Below are positions 26,369 through 35,336 of a DNA stretch of 64,000 nucleotides, one piece after another. The translations under genes and the position numbers were made by a program. Origin of the DNA: an uncultured Candidatus Poseidoniales archaeon (GTDB taxonomy: Archaea > Thermoplasmatota > Poseidoniia > Poseidoniales > Thalassarchaeaceae); contig CACJKA010000001.1 of assembly GCA_902593945.1 (NCBI GenBank), positions 105,905 through 169,904 of the forward strand, read 5' to 3'. The notes beneath the pieces are model-generated. The model saw nothing but the letters and a program-made list of their open reading frames with translations, ran no database searches and was not told the DNA's origin. Within the stretch, counting starts at the first letter, position 1. Every line of letters begins with the position of its first letter.

Positions 26369-26929
26369 GTGGTAATGATCAGAATGGAAGTGGATAGGGG
26401 GATGACCTTAGATGAAGCTTACAGAAATACAGTTGATGGACTTAGGGAATTGGGATGGAAAGATCTAGCTCTAGACTCAAAGAGGAAAGGAATTAATGCC
26501 CGTTTTGAGGGGGATAACGATATTTGGGAACTACTAATTCATTTCTATAAAGAAGGAAATTATCGTATTAGTTCTAGGTCCACTTGGAAAGTACAAAACA
26601 ATACTTCTGATTTAGTTCAACACTTAGTTGAGAAGATTAATCGCGGCAACCATAAACATGATTTTAGAATGAATGATAATGGTTCTTTTGAGGTTAAAAC
26701 TTCAGCAAATATCTTAGAAAGGTATCATTTCTTTGAGGGAATGAAGAAAGTAATGATTAGCAATATCCAAGCATATGAGTCATATACCAGTATGTTGAAG
26801 AGATTTGTAAATATAACGCCTGAATATTTAGATATGGAAACAGAAGGATTTAGGGCTTTGATAAGTAGTAAAAATCCACCATCGACTATACAAGATGAAG
26901 AATTAATTCGCTTGAATTTACAAAAGTAG
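26369..26929 (+). CDS. Hypothetical cytoplasmic protein (186 aa, Cys-free), divergently transcribed from the Ubl gene
   Basis: ORF with mixed alpha/beta character and no motif recognised. It contains no cysteine, so it cannot be a thioester-forming E2. Confidence 0.5.
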   Translation: MVMIRMEVDRGMTLDEAYRNTVDGLRELGWKDLALDSKRKGINARFEGDNDIWELLIHFYKEGNYRISSRSTWKVQNNTSDLVQHLVEKINRGNHKHDFRMNDNGSFEVKTSANILERYHFFEGMKKVMISNIQAYESYTSMLKRFVNITPEYLDMETEGFRALISSKNPPSTIQDEELIRLNLQK

Positions 26930-26970
26930 GCAATCGGCGGATTAAATGGGACACGTAGTGTCCCGAGTTC

Positions 26971-29900
26971 ATGCAAAAGTCTGCCGAGGCAGGTGGAACG
27001 CCACTGAGAATCATAACTGCGGCAGCCATTTTTGATGGCCATGATGCTGCAATAGGCATCTTCAGAAGAATATTCCAGTCAATGGGATGTGAAGTAATTC
27101 ATCTTGGTCATGACAGAGGTGCTGATGAAGTTGCCAGAGCTGCTATCCAAGAAGATGCACATTGTGTTGCTATCACTTCTTATCAGGGGGGAGCAGTAGA
27201 AATGTTCACTCATACCAAACAAATTTTAGATGGTTCCGGTTTTGGCCATGTTAGCTTAGTTGGAGGGGGTGGTGGAACTATTCTTCCAAATGAGATTAAA
27301 CATTTACTTGATTCTAATATTGCAAAAATATATTCTCCAGAAGATGGAAGAGAATTAGGACTTACTGGGATGGTTTCAGATGCAATTGAAAGGGCATCAA
27401 AGAATAATCTACTTGACCCTAAAAGATTTGAATCATTGAAAGAACCTATCACTGCAGAGAATCATCCTTCGGTTTCTAAATTATTGACTTTGGCAGAAAA
27501 TGCAGATGAAAAAATGTTCAATAAAATACTAGAAAATGTTAGATCTACTGATGGTTCGAAATGTCCAGTAGTTGGCCTAACTGGCACAGGCGGTGCTGGG
27601 AAGTCAAGTCTTACAGATGAGCTGATGTTAAGAATTCAAAGAGATAATCCTGGAACTAAAATCGCCTTACTTGCTACTGACCCAACTCGTAAGAGAACAG
27701 GGGGCGCTTTACTTGGAGATAGAATAAGAATGAACTCTTTATCAGATGAAAATTTATTCATGCGCTCATTTGCTAGTAGAGATAGTGGTAGAGAAATTGC
27801 AGATTGTATAGGTCGTTCTATTGAAGCTTGTAAAGCGGTTGGATTTGACCTAGTTGTAGTAGAAACTAGTGGAATTGGTCAAGGGAACGATGCAATTACA
27901 GAAGTGGCTGATCTTTCATTATATGTTACTACAAGAGAATATGGAGCACCTAGTCAGTTAGAAAAATTGGAAATGTTAGATTCAGCAGATATTGTTGTAC
28001 TGAATAAGTTCGATAGACCTGGAGCAGAAGATGCACTAGCAGAAATCAGAAAACAATTCAAAAGAAATAGAGAGATGTGGGATGCAGATAATTCTGACCT
28101 CCCAGTTGTGCCAACTATTGCTAGTCAGTTCGCAGATGCAGGAGTTGACCAATTGTGGCAGAAACTTTGTAATTTACTAAATGAGAAATATTCTCAATCA
28201 TTTTCAGCGGCAGAGCCTAGATTAGGAGCAGATGGTCTACCACATAGATCTTCACCAATACCTCCAGAAAGACAAGGATATTTGGCTGAAGTTTCAAGCG
28301 CTATCAGAAATTATCATTCTAGAACTGAAGAAGTAGCGGAGAAAATACGTCTAGTCCAACAATTAGAGGCGGCGGCTTCTCAAATGAAAACAAAGAAGAA
28401 TAAAACAGCAGCACAAGGTCTCGAAGAAGAAGCCAAAACTATTCGTTCAGAAATACCTGAAAGTGCTTGGCAAAGTTTAGAAAACTTCAGAACTAAAGCA
28501 GAAGAGTATCGTTCAGGAGCAACCAGTTATACGGTTCGAAATAAGGATATACCAGTTAAAACAACCAAAACTACGCTTTCTGGATTAGATATGCCAAGAG
28601 TCGCATTACCTGATTACAGCGACTGGGGAGATACACTACAATGGATTAGGAAAGAGAATATGCCAGGTTCATTCCCTTACACAGGAGGTGTTTTCCCATT
28701 CAAGAGACAGGATGAATTACCAGTTAGGATGTTTGCAGGAGAAGGTAGTGCAGAGAGGACAAATAAAAGATACCACTTCCTTTCTAAAGACCAAGACTTC
28801 AACAGACTATCAGTTGCTTTTGATTCACCTAGCTTGTATGGAAACGATCCACAAGAAAGACTAGACATATTTGGAAAAGTATGTGAAAGTGGAGTTTCAA
28901 TAAGTACGGTTGATGAAATGGAAAAATTGTTCGAAGGATTTGATTTGTGTGCTGCTAATACTTCAGTGTCAAAAACAATTAATGGAAATTATTGGTGGCA
29001 CCTTGCTGCTTTCTTCAACGTGGCAATCAGACAGCAAGTCAAGAAGTTCGAAGAAGAGAATGGGCGGAAACCAGACGAGAAAGAACATGCTGAAATAAAA
29101 GCGAGAACACTGAGTACAGTACGAGGAACTGTTCAGGCCGACCAATTGAAAGAATCAATGGGTCAGAATACACTGGTATTCAATCTAGATACTGCATTAA
29201 GAATGATGGGGGATGTTGCTGAGTTCTATGTTCAAAATGAAGTAAGAAATCATTACTTCGTTTCAATTTCGGGATATCATATTGCAGAAGCAGGAGCAAA
29301 TCCAATTTCTCAAGCAGCCCTAACTCTATCCAATGGTTTGACATATGTTGAGTTATTCAATTCTAGAGGATTAGATGCAAATAAATTCCTGAGAAACTTC
29401 AGTTGGTTCTTTTCTAATGGTATGGACCCTGAATATGCAGTAATAGGAAGAGTATGTAGAAGAATCTGGGCTATTGTTATGCGGGATATGTATGGAGTTG
29501 ATGAGCGAAGTCAGAAACTGAAATATCACATACAAAGTAGTGGTAGATCATTACACGCTCAAGAATACACATGGAATGATTATCGAACTACATTACAGGC
29601 ACTTTATGCACTAGCTGATAATGCTAATTCACTACATACTAACTCTCGTGATGAGGCATTTGGAACTCCTACTGAAGATACAGTAAGAGACGCAGTAGCA
29701 ATCCAACTTATCCTTTCGAAAGAATATGGATGGTTACAAAATGAGAATCCATTACAAGGATCACATGTAGCGGATTGGTTAACCGATTCCGTCGAAGAAG
29801 AGATTTTGAAAATATTTGAAGAAATGCATAGACGTGGTGGTGTTCTAGGAGCTCTTGAAGTGAATTATCAAAGAAATAGAATACAAGATGAATCTATGAT

Positions 29901-30231
29901 TTATGAACATAGAAAACACTCTGGAGAGTTACCAATAATCGGAGTAAACACCTTCGAAGAAGGAGTAGATAATTCACTATCAGTGGAAGAATTCGATATT
30001 GAAGTTACACGCTCAGATAAAGAAGAAAGGATGATGGTTATTGATAGAAATAAAGCATTCAAAGAGACTCATGCTAAAGAAGCTGAAGAAGGTCTAGCAA
30101 GACTCAAACAAGTAGCTAGAGAGGGCGGAAATCTGTTTGAAGTTATGATGGATATTGTTGAACATTGTACTGTTGGACAGGTTACACAAGCACTATTCGA
30201 GACTGGTGGAAAGTTCCGTAGAAATATGTGA
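26971..30231 (+). CDS. icmF: Fused isobutyryl-CoA mutase-type enzyme (B12-binding domain + MeaB-like G-protein + acyl-CoA mutase barrel)
   Basis: The N-terminus TAAAIFDGHDAAIGIFRRIFQSMGCEVIHLGHDRGADEV...ITSYQGG...VGGGGGTILPNEI matches the IcmF B12 domain. P-loop GLTGTGGAGKSSL, with ETSGIGQ and LNKFD G-motifs. The C-terminal 600 aa is mutase substrate-barrel-like. The 1086-aa size is typical. Confidence 0.9.
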   Translation: MQKSAEAGGTPLRIITAAAIFDGHDAAIGIFRRIFQSMGCEVIHLGHDRGADEVARAAIQEDAHCVAITSYQGGAVEMFTHTKQILDGSGFGHVSLVGGGGGTILPNEIKHLLDSNIAKIYSPEDGRELGLTGMVSDAIERASKNNLLDPKRFESLKEPITAENHPSVSKLLTLAENADEKMFNKILENVRSTDGSKCPVVGLTGTGGAGKSSLTDELMLRIQRDNPGTKIALLATDPTRKRTGGALLGDRIRMNSLSDENLFMRSFASRDSGREIADCIGRSIEACKAVGFDLVVVETSGIGQGNDAITEVADLSLYVTTREYGAPSQLEKLEMLDSADIVVLNKFDRPGAEDALAEIRKQFKRNREMWDADNSDLPVVPTIASQFADAGVDQLWQKLCNLLNEKYSQSFSAAEPRLGADGLPHRSSPIPPERQGYLAEVSSAIRNYHSRTEEVAEKIRLVQQLEAAASQMKTKKNKTAAQGLEEEAKTIRSEIPESAWQSLENFRTKAEEYRSGATSYTVRNKDIPVKTTKTTLSGLDMPRVALPDYSDWGDTLQWIRKENMPGSFPYTGGVFPFKRQDELPVRMFAGEGSAERTNKRYHFLSKDQDFNRLSVAFDSPSLYGNDPQERLDIFGKVCESGVSISTVDEMEKLFEGFDLCAANTSVSKTINGNYWWHLAAFFNVAIRQQVKKFEEENGRKPDEKEHAEIKARTLSTVRGTVQADQLKESMGQNTLVFNLDTALRMMGDVAEFYVQNEVRNHYFVSISGYHIAEAGANPISQAALTLSNGLTYVELFNSRGLDANKFLRNFSWFFSNGMDPEYAVIGRVCRRIWAIVMRDMYGVDERSQKLKYHIQSSGRSLHAQEYTWNDYRTTLQALYALADNANSLHTNSRDEAFGTPTEDTVRDAVAIQLILSKEYGWLQNENPLQGSHVADWLTDSVEEEILKIFEEMHRRGGVLGALEVNYQRNRIQDESMIYEHRKHSGELPIIGVNTFEEGVDNSLSVEEFDIEVTRSDKEERMMVIDRNKAFKETHAKEAEEGLARLKQVAREGGNLFEVMMDIVEHCTVGQVTQALFETGGKFRRNM

Positions 30232-31077
30232 ATAAAGTTTGGACCTTGCTTCAACATAAGCACAATGTTCACAAAACTCTCCTGAATCTGGTTCTGAATC
30301 CATATCAAGACAATTTTTAGCTGTAATTACGAGATTTTCAACCCAATCTAAATCGATTCGTTCTCCTTCAACAATTACATCCTCATTTGCTATATCAATT
30401 TCAATAACCAAAGCCGGTTTCAGAGGGATTCCTCTCGGACTTTCATCAGTACCTTCATTGAGTAAAGATTCTGCATCGTTATTCCCATTCTCATAAACAA
30501 AGAAGCCTCTAGTTGAAACAGGATGTCCAAGTTCTCTGAGTAACCACTGATAGATTGCCATTTGACGAACATATCCTCCCTTGTATATATCCTCAAGGAA
30601 TAATTCAGCAGTAATATTTGCATTTGAAGCAGTAGACTTGTAGTCAACTACATACCATTCTTCATTATCACCTTCTCCAGATTTCCATATATCATCAACA
30701 GCTCCTGTAAGCATCAGGCCATGTTTTGGAGCTCTGACTCCCTTGAAGTTCTCGCGCCATTCATCCATCATTGGATGATCTAGGGGCACCATATGACCCA
30801 ATCCATTCTGAATCATGTATGGGTGTGGAGTACCAGTCTCCCTATGAGCGTCAAACTCCCTCTTTAGAAGAGTATCAACAAGAGTATTGAGTAAGAAGCC
30901 TGGAATTCCAGGTTTACCGATTCCCTTCACTCTATCTAGCCAGAAGCATCTTCGACAACTATGGCACTGTTCCAACTTAGAACGACTTATGGGAAATGGA
31001 TCTTTAGATTCTGGATTACCATACATCGAATTCTCACGAGTCCGAAGTTTCCATTTCTTGCGTTTAGTAGTAACCAT
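30193..31077 (-). CDS. PD-(D/E)XK nuclease, Cas4/RecB-exonuclease-like, stand-alone
   Basis: N-terminal ISRSKLEQCHSCRRCFWL, with GAVDDIW, VVDYKS and QMAIYQWLL (D...D/ExK...QxxxY core). C-terminal CEHCAY. Its 3' end overlaps icmF convergently by 39 bp. Confidence 0.65.
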   Translation of the reverse strand: MVTTKRKKWKLRTRENSMYGNPESKDPFPISRSKLEQCHSCRRCFWLDRVKGIGKPGIPGFLLNTLVDTLLKREFDAHRETGTPHPYMIQNGLGHMVPLDHPMMDEWRENFKGVRAPKHGLMLTGAVDDIWKSGEGDNEEWYVVDYKSTASNANITAELFLEDIYKGGYVRQMAIYQWLLRELGHPVSTRGFFVYENGNNDAESLLNEGTDESPRGIPLKPALVIEIDIANEDVIVEGERIDLDWVENLVITAKNCLDMDSEPDSGEFCEHCAYVEARSKLYSHISTELSTSLE

Positions 31078-31111
31078 GGAATTGGAAATAAGGGGGGTGT
31101 TATGAACTATC

Positions 31112-31768
31112 TCATTGAGTAGACTTGTACACGTATGTTGCTAAAACTGCTCCAACAAACTGTGGTACAAAATGCATCCATGAATCTGCAAGGGTCAATT
31201 TACCTGAAACTATCAGTGCACTAGTCACTGCAGGATTGAATGATGCGAGAGAAATACTTCCAACTGTTATAGCACCAGCAAGAACAACAAGAGCGATTGC
31301 AGCGCCAAAGTAACCGTTTCCGGATGTTGATTCAGTAGTTGCAACATTAAGAATAACATAAGCTAATGCGAAGGTGAAGAGAAGTTCGGCAACTATCGCA
31401 TCAGTACCTAACTCGAACCCCAGAACCACTTCATTGGGGCGCAAAAGATTCTCAACAACTATTGCTGCAGAAACTGCCGCTATAACTTGTGAAGCAATGT
31501 ATGGAAGAACCTCATCCTTTTCACAGGCACCTCTCAGATAAATCGAAACAGTCACTGCAGGGTTGTAATGAGCACCTGAGATATGCCCACCAGCGTAGAT
31601 CATTACCATTAGAGTCGCAGCTATACCGAAAGGAGCATATTCTCCTGCAGAACCATAAACTGCTGCTGTACAAATTGTTAGTGAGAGGAAAAAAGTTCCA
31701 ATGAATTCAGTGGTTAATTTCTGCTGCATAGTATGCGTCATAGTAATGTTCGTTAACTGAATGCTCAT
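31112..31768 (-). CDS. MIP-family channel (aquaporin/aquaglyceroporin)
   Basis: Two NPA boxes (GAHYNPAVT and ASFNPAVT) and six TM segments. Confidence 0.9.
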   Translation of the reverse strand: MSIQLTNITMTHTMQQKLTTEFIGTFFLSLTICTAAVYGSAGEYAPFGIAATLMVMIYAGGHISGAHYNPAVTVSIYLRGACEKDEVLPYIASQVIAAVSAAIVVENLLRPNEVVLGFELGTDAIVAELLFTFALAYVILNVATTESTSGNGYFGAAIALVVLAGAITVGSISLASFNPAVTSALIVSGKLTLADSWMHFVPQFVGAVLATYVYKSTQ

Positions 31769-31782
31769 GAATGTTGTTCTAA

Positions 31783-32340
31783 TTATTCTTCATCAAAGAA
31801 GTTGTATGGCCTATCAGGTGGTGGCGGGAGACGCATAAATTCAACAGGTTGAGGGTTAGGAATTTCTAATTCGGTGAAGTCATGGAGGTTCATCTGTTGA
31901 TTCATATCACCTGAAAGGATTTTATTCTGTGATAGAACCCAAGCCAAAGTACTGTCATCTAGTAAACTAGCTCTAACCCAGACTTGACTTGGCAATTCAG
32001 GAGACCAGGGGAAAGTCCCCAATTCAAATGTATCAAAACCATCAAAAACAGAAAAAACTCCTCTCAATGAAGTTCCCATAGGGCATTGAGATTTAGGTTC
32101 TGCAGCTAATACCTGTTCGAATTTAAACCAATTTTCTTGCTTTACAGGTCTAGATGAAATTTCTAAGAAAAAACCTGTTTCTAAAACTTCATCCATCAAT
32201 CCACATCTCCTAACTAGATTTACCAAACCTGTTGGTATTCTTGCTTTAGGATGCCTTTTTACTTCCTCTGCAGTTCTTCCAAATGCAAATGTAGCATCCT
32301 CTAACTCATCATTCATCTCATATCCTCCAGACCTAAACAT
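31783..32340 (-). CDS. Hypothetical protein (185 aa)
   Basis: ORF directly upstream of the aquaporin gene on the same strand. No motif recognised. Pro-rich C-terminus (LPPPPDRPYNFFDEE). Confidence 0.45.
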   Translation of the reverse strand: MFRSGGYEMNDELEDATFAFGRTAEEVKRHPKARIPTGLVNLVRRCGLMDEVLETGFFLEISSRPVKQENWFKFEQVLAAEPKSQCPMGTSLRGVFSVFDGFDTFELGTFPWSPELPSQVWVRASLLDDSTLAWVLSQNKILSGDMNQQMNLHDFTELEIPNPQPVEFMRLPPPPDRPYNFFDEE

Positions 32341-32529
32341 TGTAACACTCCAGATTTTATTATTTTGATTTATTTTTCCTATATTCTCACTTCCTTACTC
32401 GTACCCAACAGTAAATAATCGCAACAAAACTATCGCGATTTGCGGAGTATAATTCATTGTAACTGACCACATATAAACTATACATGATATTATATGCAAT
32501 TCTCTTAGATGATAGATTAGAGGGAGCCT

Positions 32530-33288
32530 ATGAGAGAAGTAGCCTTAGTTACTGGAGCCTCGAGCGGAATAGGCTTAGAAATCACAAAAATATTGGCTTC
32601 GCAAAATTATGATCTAGTAATTTGTGCACGAAGAGAAAAAGAGTTACAAGATTTAGCAGAAGAAATTAGTCGTCAGCACACAGTTAATTGCAAAGTTATA
32701 GTTGCTGATTTGACTACCGAAGAAGGGGTTGACTTGTTAATCAAAGATTCAGGAGAAATAGATATTCTTGTCAATAATGCAGGTTTTGGGATACTTGGAG
32801 ACCATTTAGATATGCAATTAGGAAGACAGTTAGAAATGATTGAATTGAATATACATGCATTAACAAGATTATCTCATGTATTTGGAAACTTAATGGTCAA
32901 AAAAGGCAAGGGTCGAATAATGAATGTAGCATCAATTGCATCATATATTTCGGGCCCAAGTTTTGCAGTCTATTGTGCTACGAAAGCCTATGTCCTATCC
33001 TACTCTAGAGCATTACACAAGGAATTGAAAAATAAAGGAGTTACGGTTACAGCATTATGCCCTGGTTATGTTACGACTGGTTTTCAAGAAGTTGCGGGAA
33101 TGGAACTCAGTAAAATGGAAAAGTTAACCGCTGTACCTGTAAAAAAAGTTGCAGAAATTGCTGTAAAATCAATGCATAAAGGGAAAAGAGAAGTTATGCC
33201 AGGAATTGTGAATAAACCATTACCATTAGTAACAAAAATTACCCCAATGTGGTTGCACCTAATTATTGTAAAATGGGTACTGAAATAA
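32530..33288 (+). CDS. Short-chain dehydrogenase/reductase (classical SDR)
   Basis: Cofactor motif TGASSGIG, NNAG, and catalytic YCATKAY (YxxxK). Confidence 0.9.
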   Translation: MREVALVTGASSGIGLEITKILASQNYDLVICARREKELQDLAEEISRQHTVNCKVIVADLTTEEGVDLLIKDSGEIDILVNNAGFGILGDHLDMQLGRQLEMIELNIHALTRLSHVFGNLMVKKGKGRIMNVASIASYISGPSFAVYCATKAYVLSYSRALHKELKNKGVTVTALCPGYVTTGFQEVAGMELSKMEKLTAVPVKKVAEIAVKSMHKGKREVMPGIVNKPLPLVTKITPMWLHLIIVKWVLK

Positions 33289-33289
33289 T

Positions 33290-34129
33290 TTATTTCTGAC
33301 ATTTAGGACAATAAAAAGTTGAGCGTCCTGATTGTACTATTCTCAGAATCTTACCCTTACAATTTTCTTCAATACATTCTTCCCCTTCACGATTAAATAC
33401 TCTAAACTGTTGAGCAAAATAACCTAAATCTGATTCTCCAGAAACTCCTCTAAAATCAGAAATTGTAGAACCACCAACCATTATAGCTTCAGCAATTACT
33501 TGATTGGTATTCTCAAAGATTCGTTGTATTTTGGCATTCACCTTGTTACTCTTACCTACAACTTCTGCTGCAGTCTTAATTGGAGAAACTTTACTGCGAA
33601 ATAGAATCTCACTTACATATATGTTTCCAAGACCTGAAACGACTCTCTGATCGAGTAAGGCACTCTTTATTGGAGAACGTTTTTCATGAAGATTCGATTT
33701 CAATATTTGAACTGTAAAGTCATCAGTAAGAGGTTCTGGCCCTAAAGTGGCCAGCCACTTCTGTTCGGACTCATTTGAGGTCTCAAAAATATCCATAAAT
33801 CCAAATCTCCTATGGTCAGTATATACTGCAGTTTTCATACCATCATCAAATTCGAAATATGCATGATCATGCTTACCTTTTCCTTCTGAACCAACCGTCC
33901 AAACTCCAGTCATACCCAAATGACTCATCCAAGTATATCCGTTAGATAAACGAAATAAAAGATACTTCGACCTTCTATCAATCCTCTCAATTTTGGCTCC
34001 AGTTAATATTTCTTCGAAATTTTCAGGGAAGGGAAACCTAAGATTTGGTCGACGTAAATCAACGAAACTTACGATACTGCCTGAAAGATGAGGGACTAAA
34101 CCTCTACGAACAGTTTCAACCTCAGGCAT
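33290..34129 (-). CDS. mutM: Formamidopyrimidine-DNA glycosylase (Fpg/MutM/Nei family)
   Basis: The start is placed at MPEVETVRRGL (catalytic Pro2, ATG 34129..34127). The ORF-track start at 34189 would bury the N-terminal Pro. H2TH region LLDQRVVSGLGNIYVSEILF. C-terminal zinc finger ...RSTFYCPKCQ. Confidence 0.9.
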   Translation of the reverse strand: MPEVETVRRGLVPHLSGSIVSFVDLRRPNLRFPFPENFEEILTGAKIERIDRRSKYLLFRLSNGYTWMSHLGMTGVWTVGSEGKGKHDHAYFEFDDGMKTAVYTDHRRFGFMDIFETSNESEQKWLATLGPEPLTDDFTVQILKSNLHEKRSPIKSALLDQRVVSGLGNIYVSEILFRSKVSPIKTAAEVVGKSNKVNAKIQRIFENTNQVIAEAIMVGGSTISDFRGVSGESDLGYFAQQFRVFNREGEECIEENCKGKILRIVQSGRSTFYCPKCQK

Positions 34130-34202
34130 CTCAGGCATGAATGAACCATTGAAAGTGATTACATTATATTGTCTGTGTTGTAATTTCAATAAAAATTAGA
34201 GA

Positions 34203-34619
34203 ATGATTGAAATAATATTTGGAATTGGAATGTCTATGAGTGATGACGAGGAAGTCCCTTGGTCGGATAATAACAATGAAGTCCCATGGGGAAATCCAAC
34301 AAAAAATGCTGCTAGTTCGGTTCAAGTACAAGGGAATTCTATAGTTGGAAAATATACTGAGACTAATGCAGTTATGGCTATGATTCTTGCAGCAGTATCT
34401 TATTTCATGTGCGGAATTTGTAGCGCTATTCCTGCAGTAATAATGGCTAATGGTGCATTACAGATAACTCGTAGTCAGCCAGGTCATCCAGATCAGGGTT
34501 TGGCAAAAGCCGCTCTGATTATGGGTTGGGTTATGATAATTCTAACAGTGTTAGGAATCTTAATTTGGGGCATATTAATTTTCTTAGTTGGCGGAGTTGG
34601 ATTATTAGCTGGTTCCTAA
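34203..34619 (+). CDS. Small membrane protein (DUF4190-like two-helix hairpins)
   Basis: Acidic N-terminus followed by hydrophobic helices (AVMAMILAAVSYFMCGICSAIPAVIMANGALQI...). Confidence 0.5.
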   Translation: MIEIIFGIGMSMSDDEEVPWSDNNNEVPWGNPTKNAASSVQVQGNSIVGKYTETNAVMAMILAAVSYFMCGICSAIPAVIMANGALQITRSQPGHPDQGLAKAALIMGWVMIILTVLGILIWGILIFLVGGVGLLAGS

Positions 34620-35332
34620 ACCATATCTAATTTCTTAACAACAAATATCCTATGCTGACTCTCAAAATGAGATATGTCAATGTTTTCTAGAAGTGTTAAA
34701 TTCTTATTTAAGTTAATCAATTTCTCTGCTTCTTTGAAACGTGAATCATCACCGCCCTCAATCCATCTCTCACTAGCCGCTTTAAGAGATAATAATCCAA
34801 TGCCTTCAGGTTTCAAAAAAATCCCTGAGATTTTAAGGAACGATTGTGTTTGGTCTGCAACACTAATATCTTGATGAATCCAATCAACCTTATCTCTAAG
34901 ATATGGTGAGATTACCATAGGATTTCTAGCATCACCTAATACTGGAATTAATCCGGGTCTCAATTCAGATAATTTGCTCAAATCTCTCATCATTCGAGGG
35001 GAAATTTCGACAGATACAATCTGACCATTGTGATGGTTTCCTGAACCACAAACATGGTCATGAATATGGCTAACGGTAGTTCCTGAGGATGCACCTAGAT
35101 ATAGGCAAGTAGAACCAGGTTGTGGTATAAGCTCACTTGGATCTAATTTTGTTTTCAATAAACAAGCCGCTACTTTAGATTTCTGTGGTTCCCACTGTCG
35201 CCATTCAATTCGACTATCTTTTTTTCTTCTCTCGCCTCTAACTGAAACGCCCTTAACGGCATTTCTTGTCCATAAAGTGCGACCTTCTTTATGTACCCCC
35301 CATGCAAGTTGGATAGGTTTTCTTCGGCTCAT
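34616..35332 (-). CDS. flpA: Fibrillarin-like rRNA/tRNA 2'-O-methyltransferase
   Basis: SAM-binding CLYLGASSGTTVSHIHD. DARNP and the fibrillarin N-terminal pattern (VHKEGRTLWTRN...GERRK...EWRQWEPQKSKVAA) are present. It lies directly downstream of nop5. Confidence 0.9.
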   Translation of the reverse strand: MSRRKPIQLAWGVHKEGRTLWTRNAVKGVSVRGERRKKDSRIEWRQWEPQKSKVAACLLKTKLDPSELIPQPGSTCLYLGASSGTTVSHIHDHVCGSGNHHNGQIVSVEISPRMMRDLSKLSELRPGLIPVLGDARNPMVISPYLRDKVDWIHQDISVADQTQSFLKISGIFLKPEGIGLLSLKAASERWIEGGDDSRFKEAEKLINLNKNLTLLENIDISHFESQHRIFVVKKLDMV

Positions 35333-35336
35333 TTAT

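Noticed and set aside
24449-26929. The 78-aa or the 186-aa ORF as the missing E2 (UBC-like) enzyme of the Ubl cassette
   Set aside because: The 186-aa ORF has no cysteine at all. The 78-aa ORF is all-helical, too short for a UBC fold, and has a single terminal Cys. Neither ORF shows an HPN-like motif.
18547-26929. Calling the lineage-specific block a prophage, integrated plasmid or other mobile element
   Set aside because: No integrase, transposase, capsid, terminase or replication gene is present. There is no flanking tRNA or visible direct repeat. Composition looks only marginally more AT-rich by eye, and I cannot compute it here.
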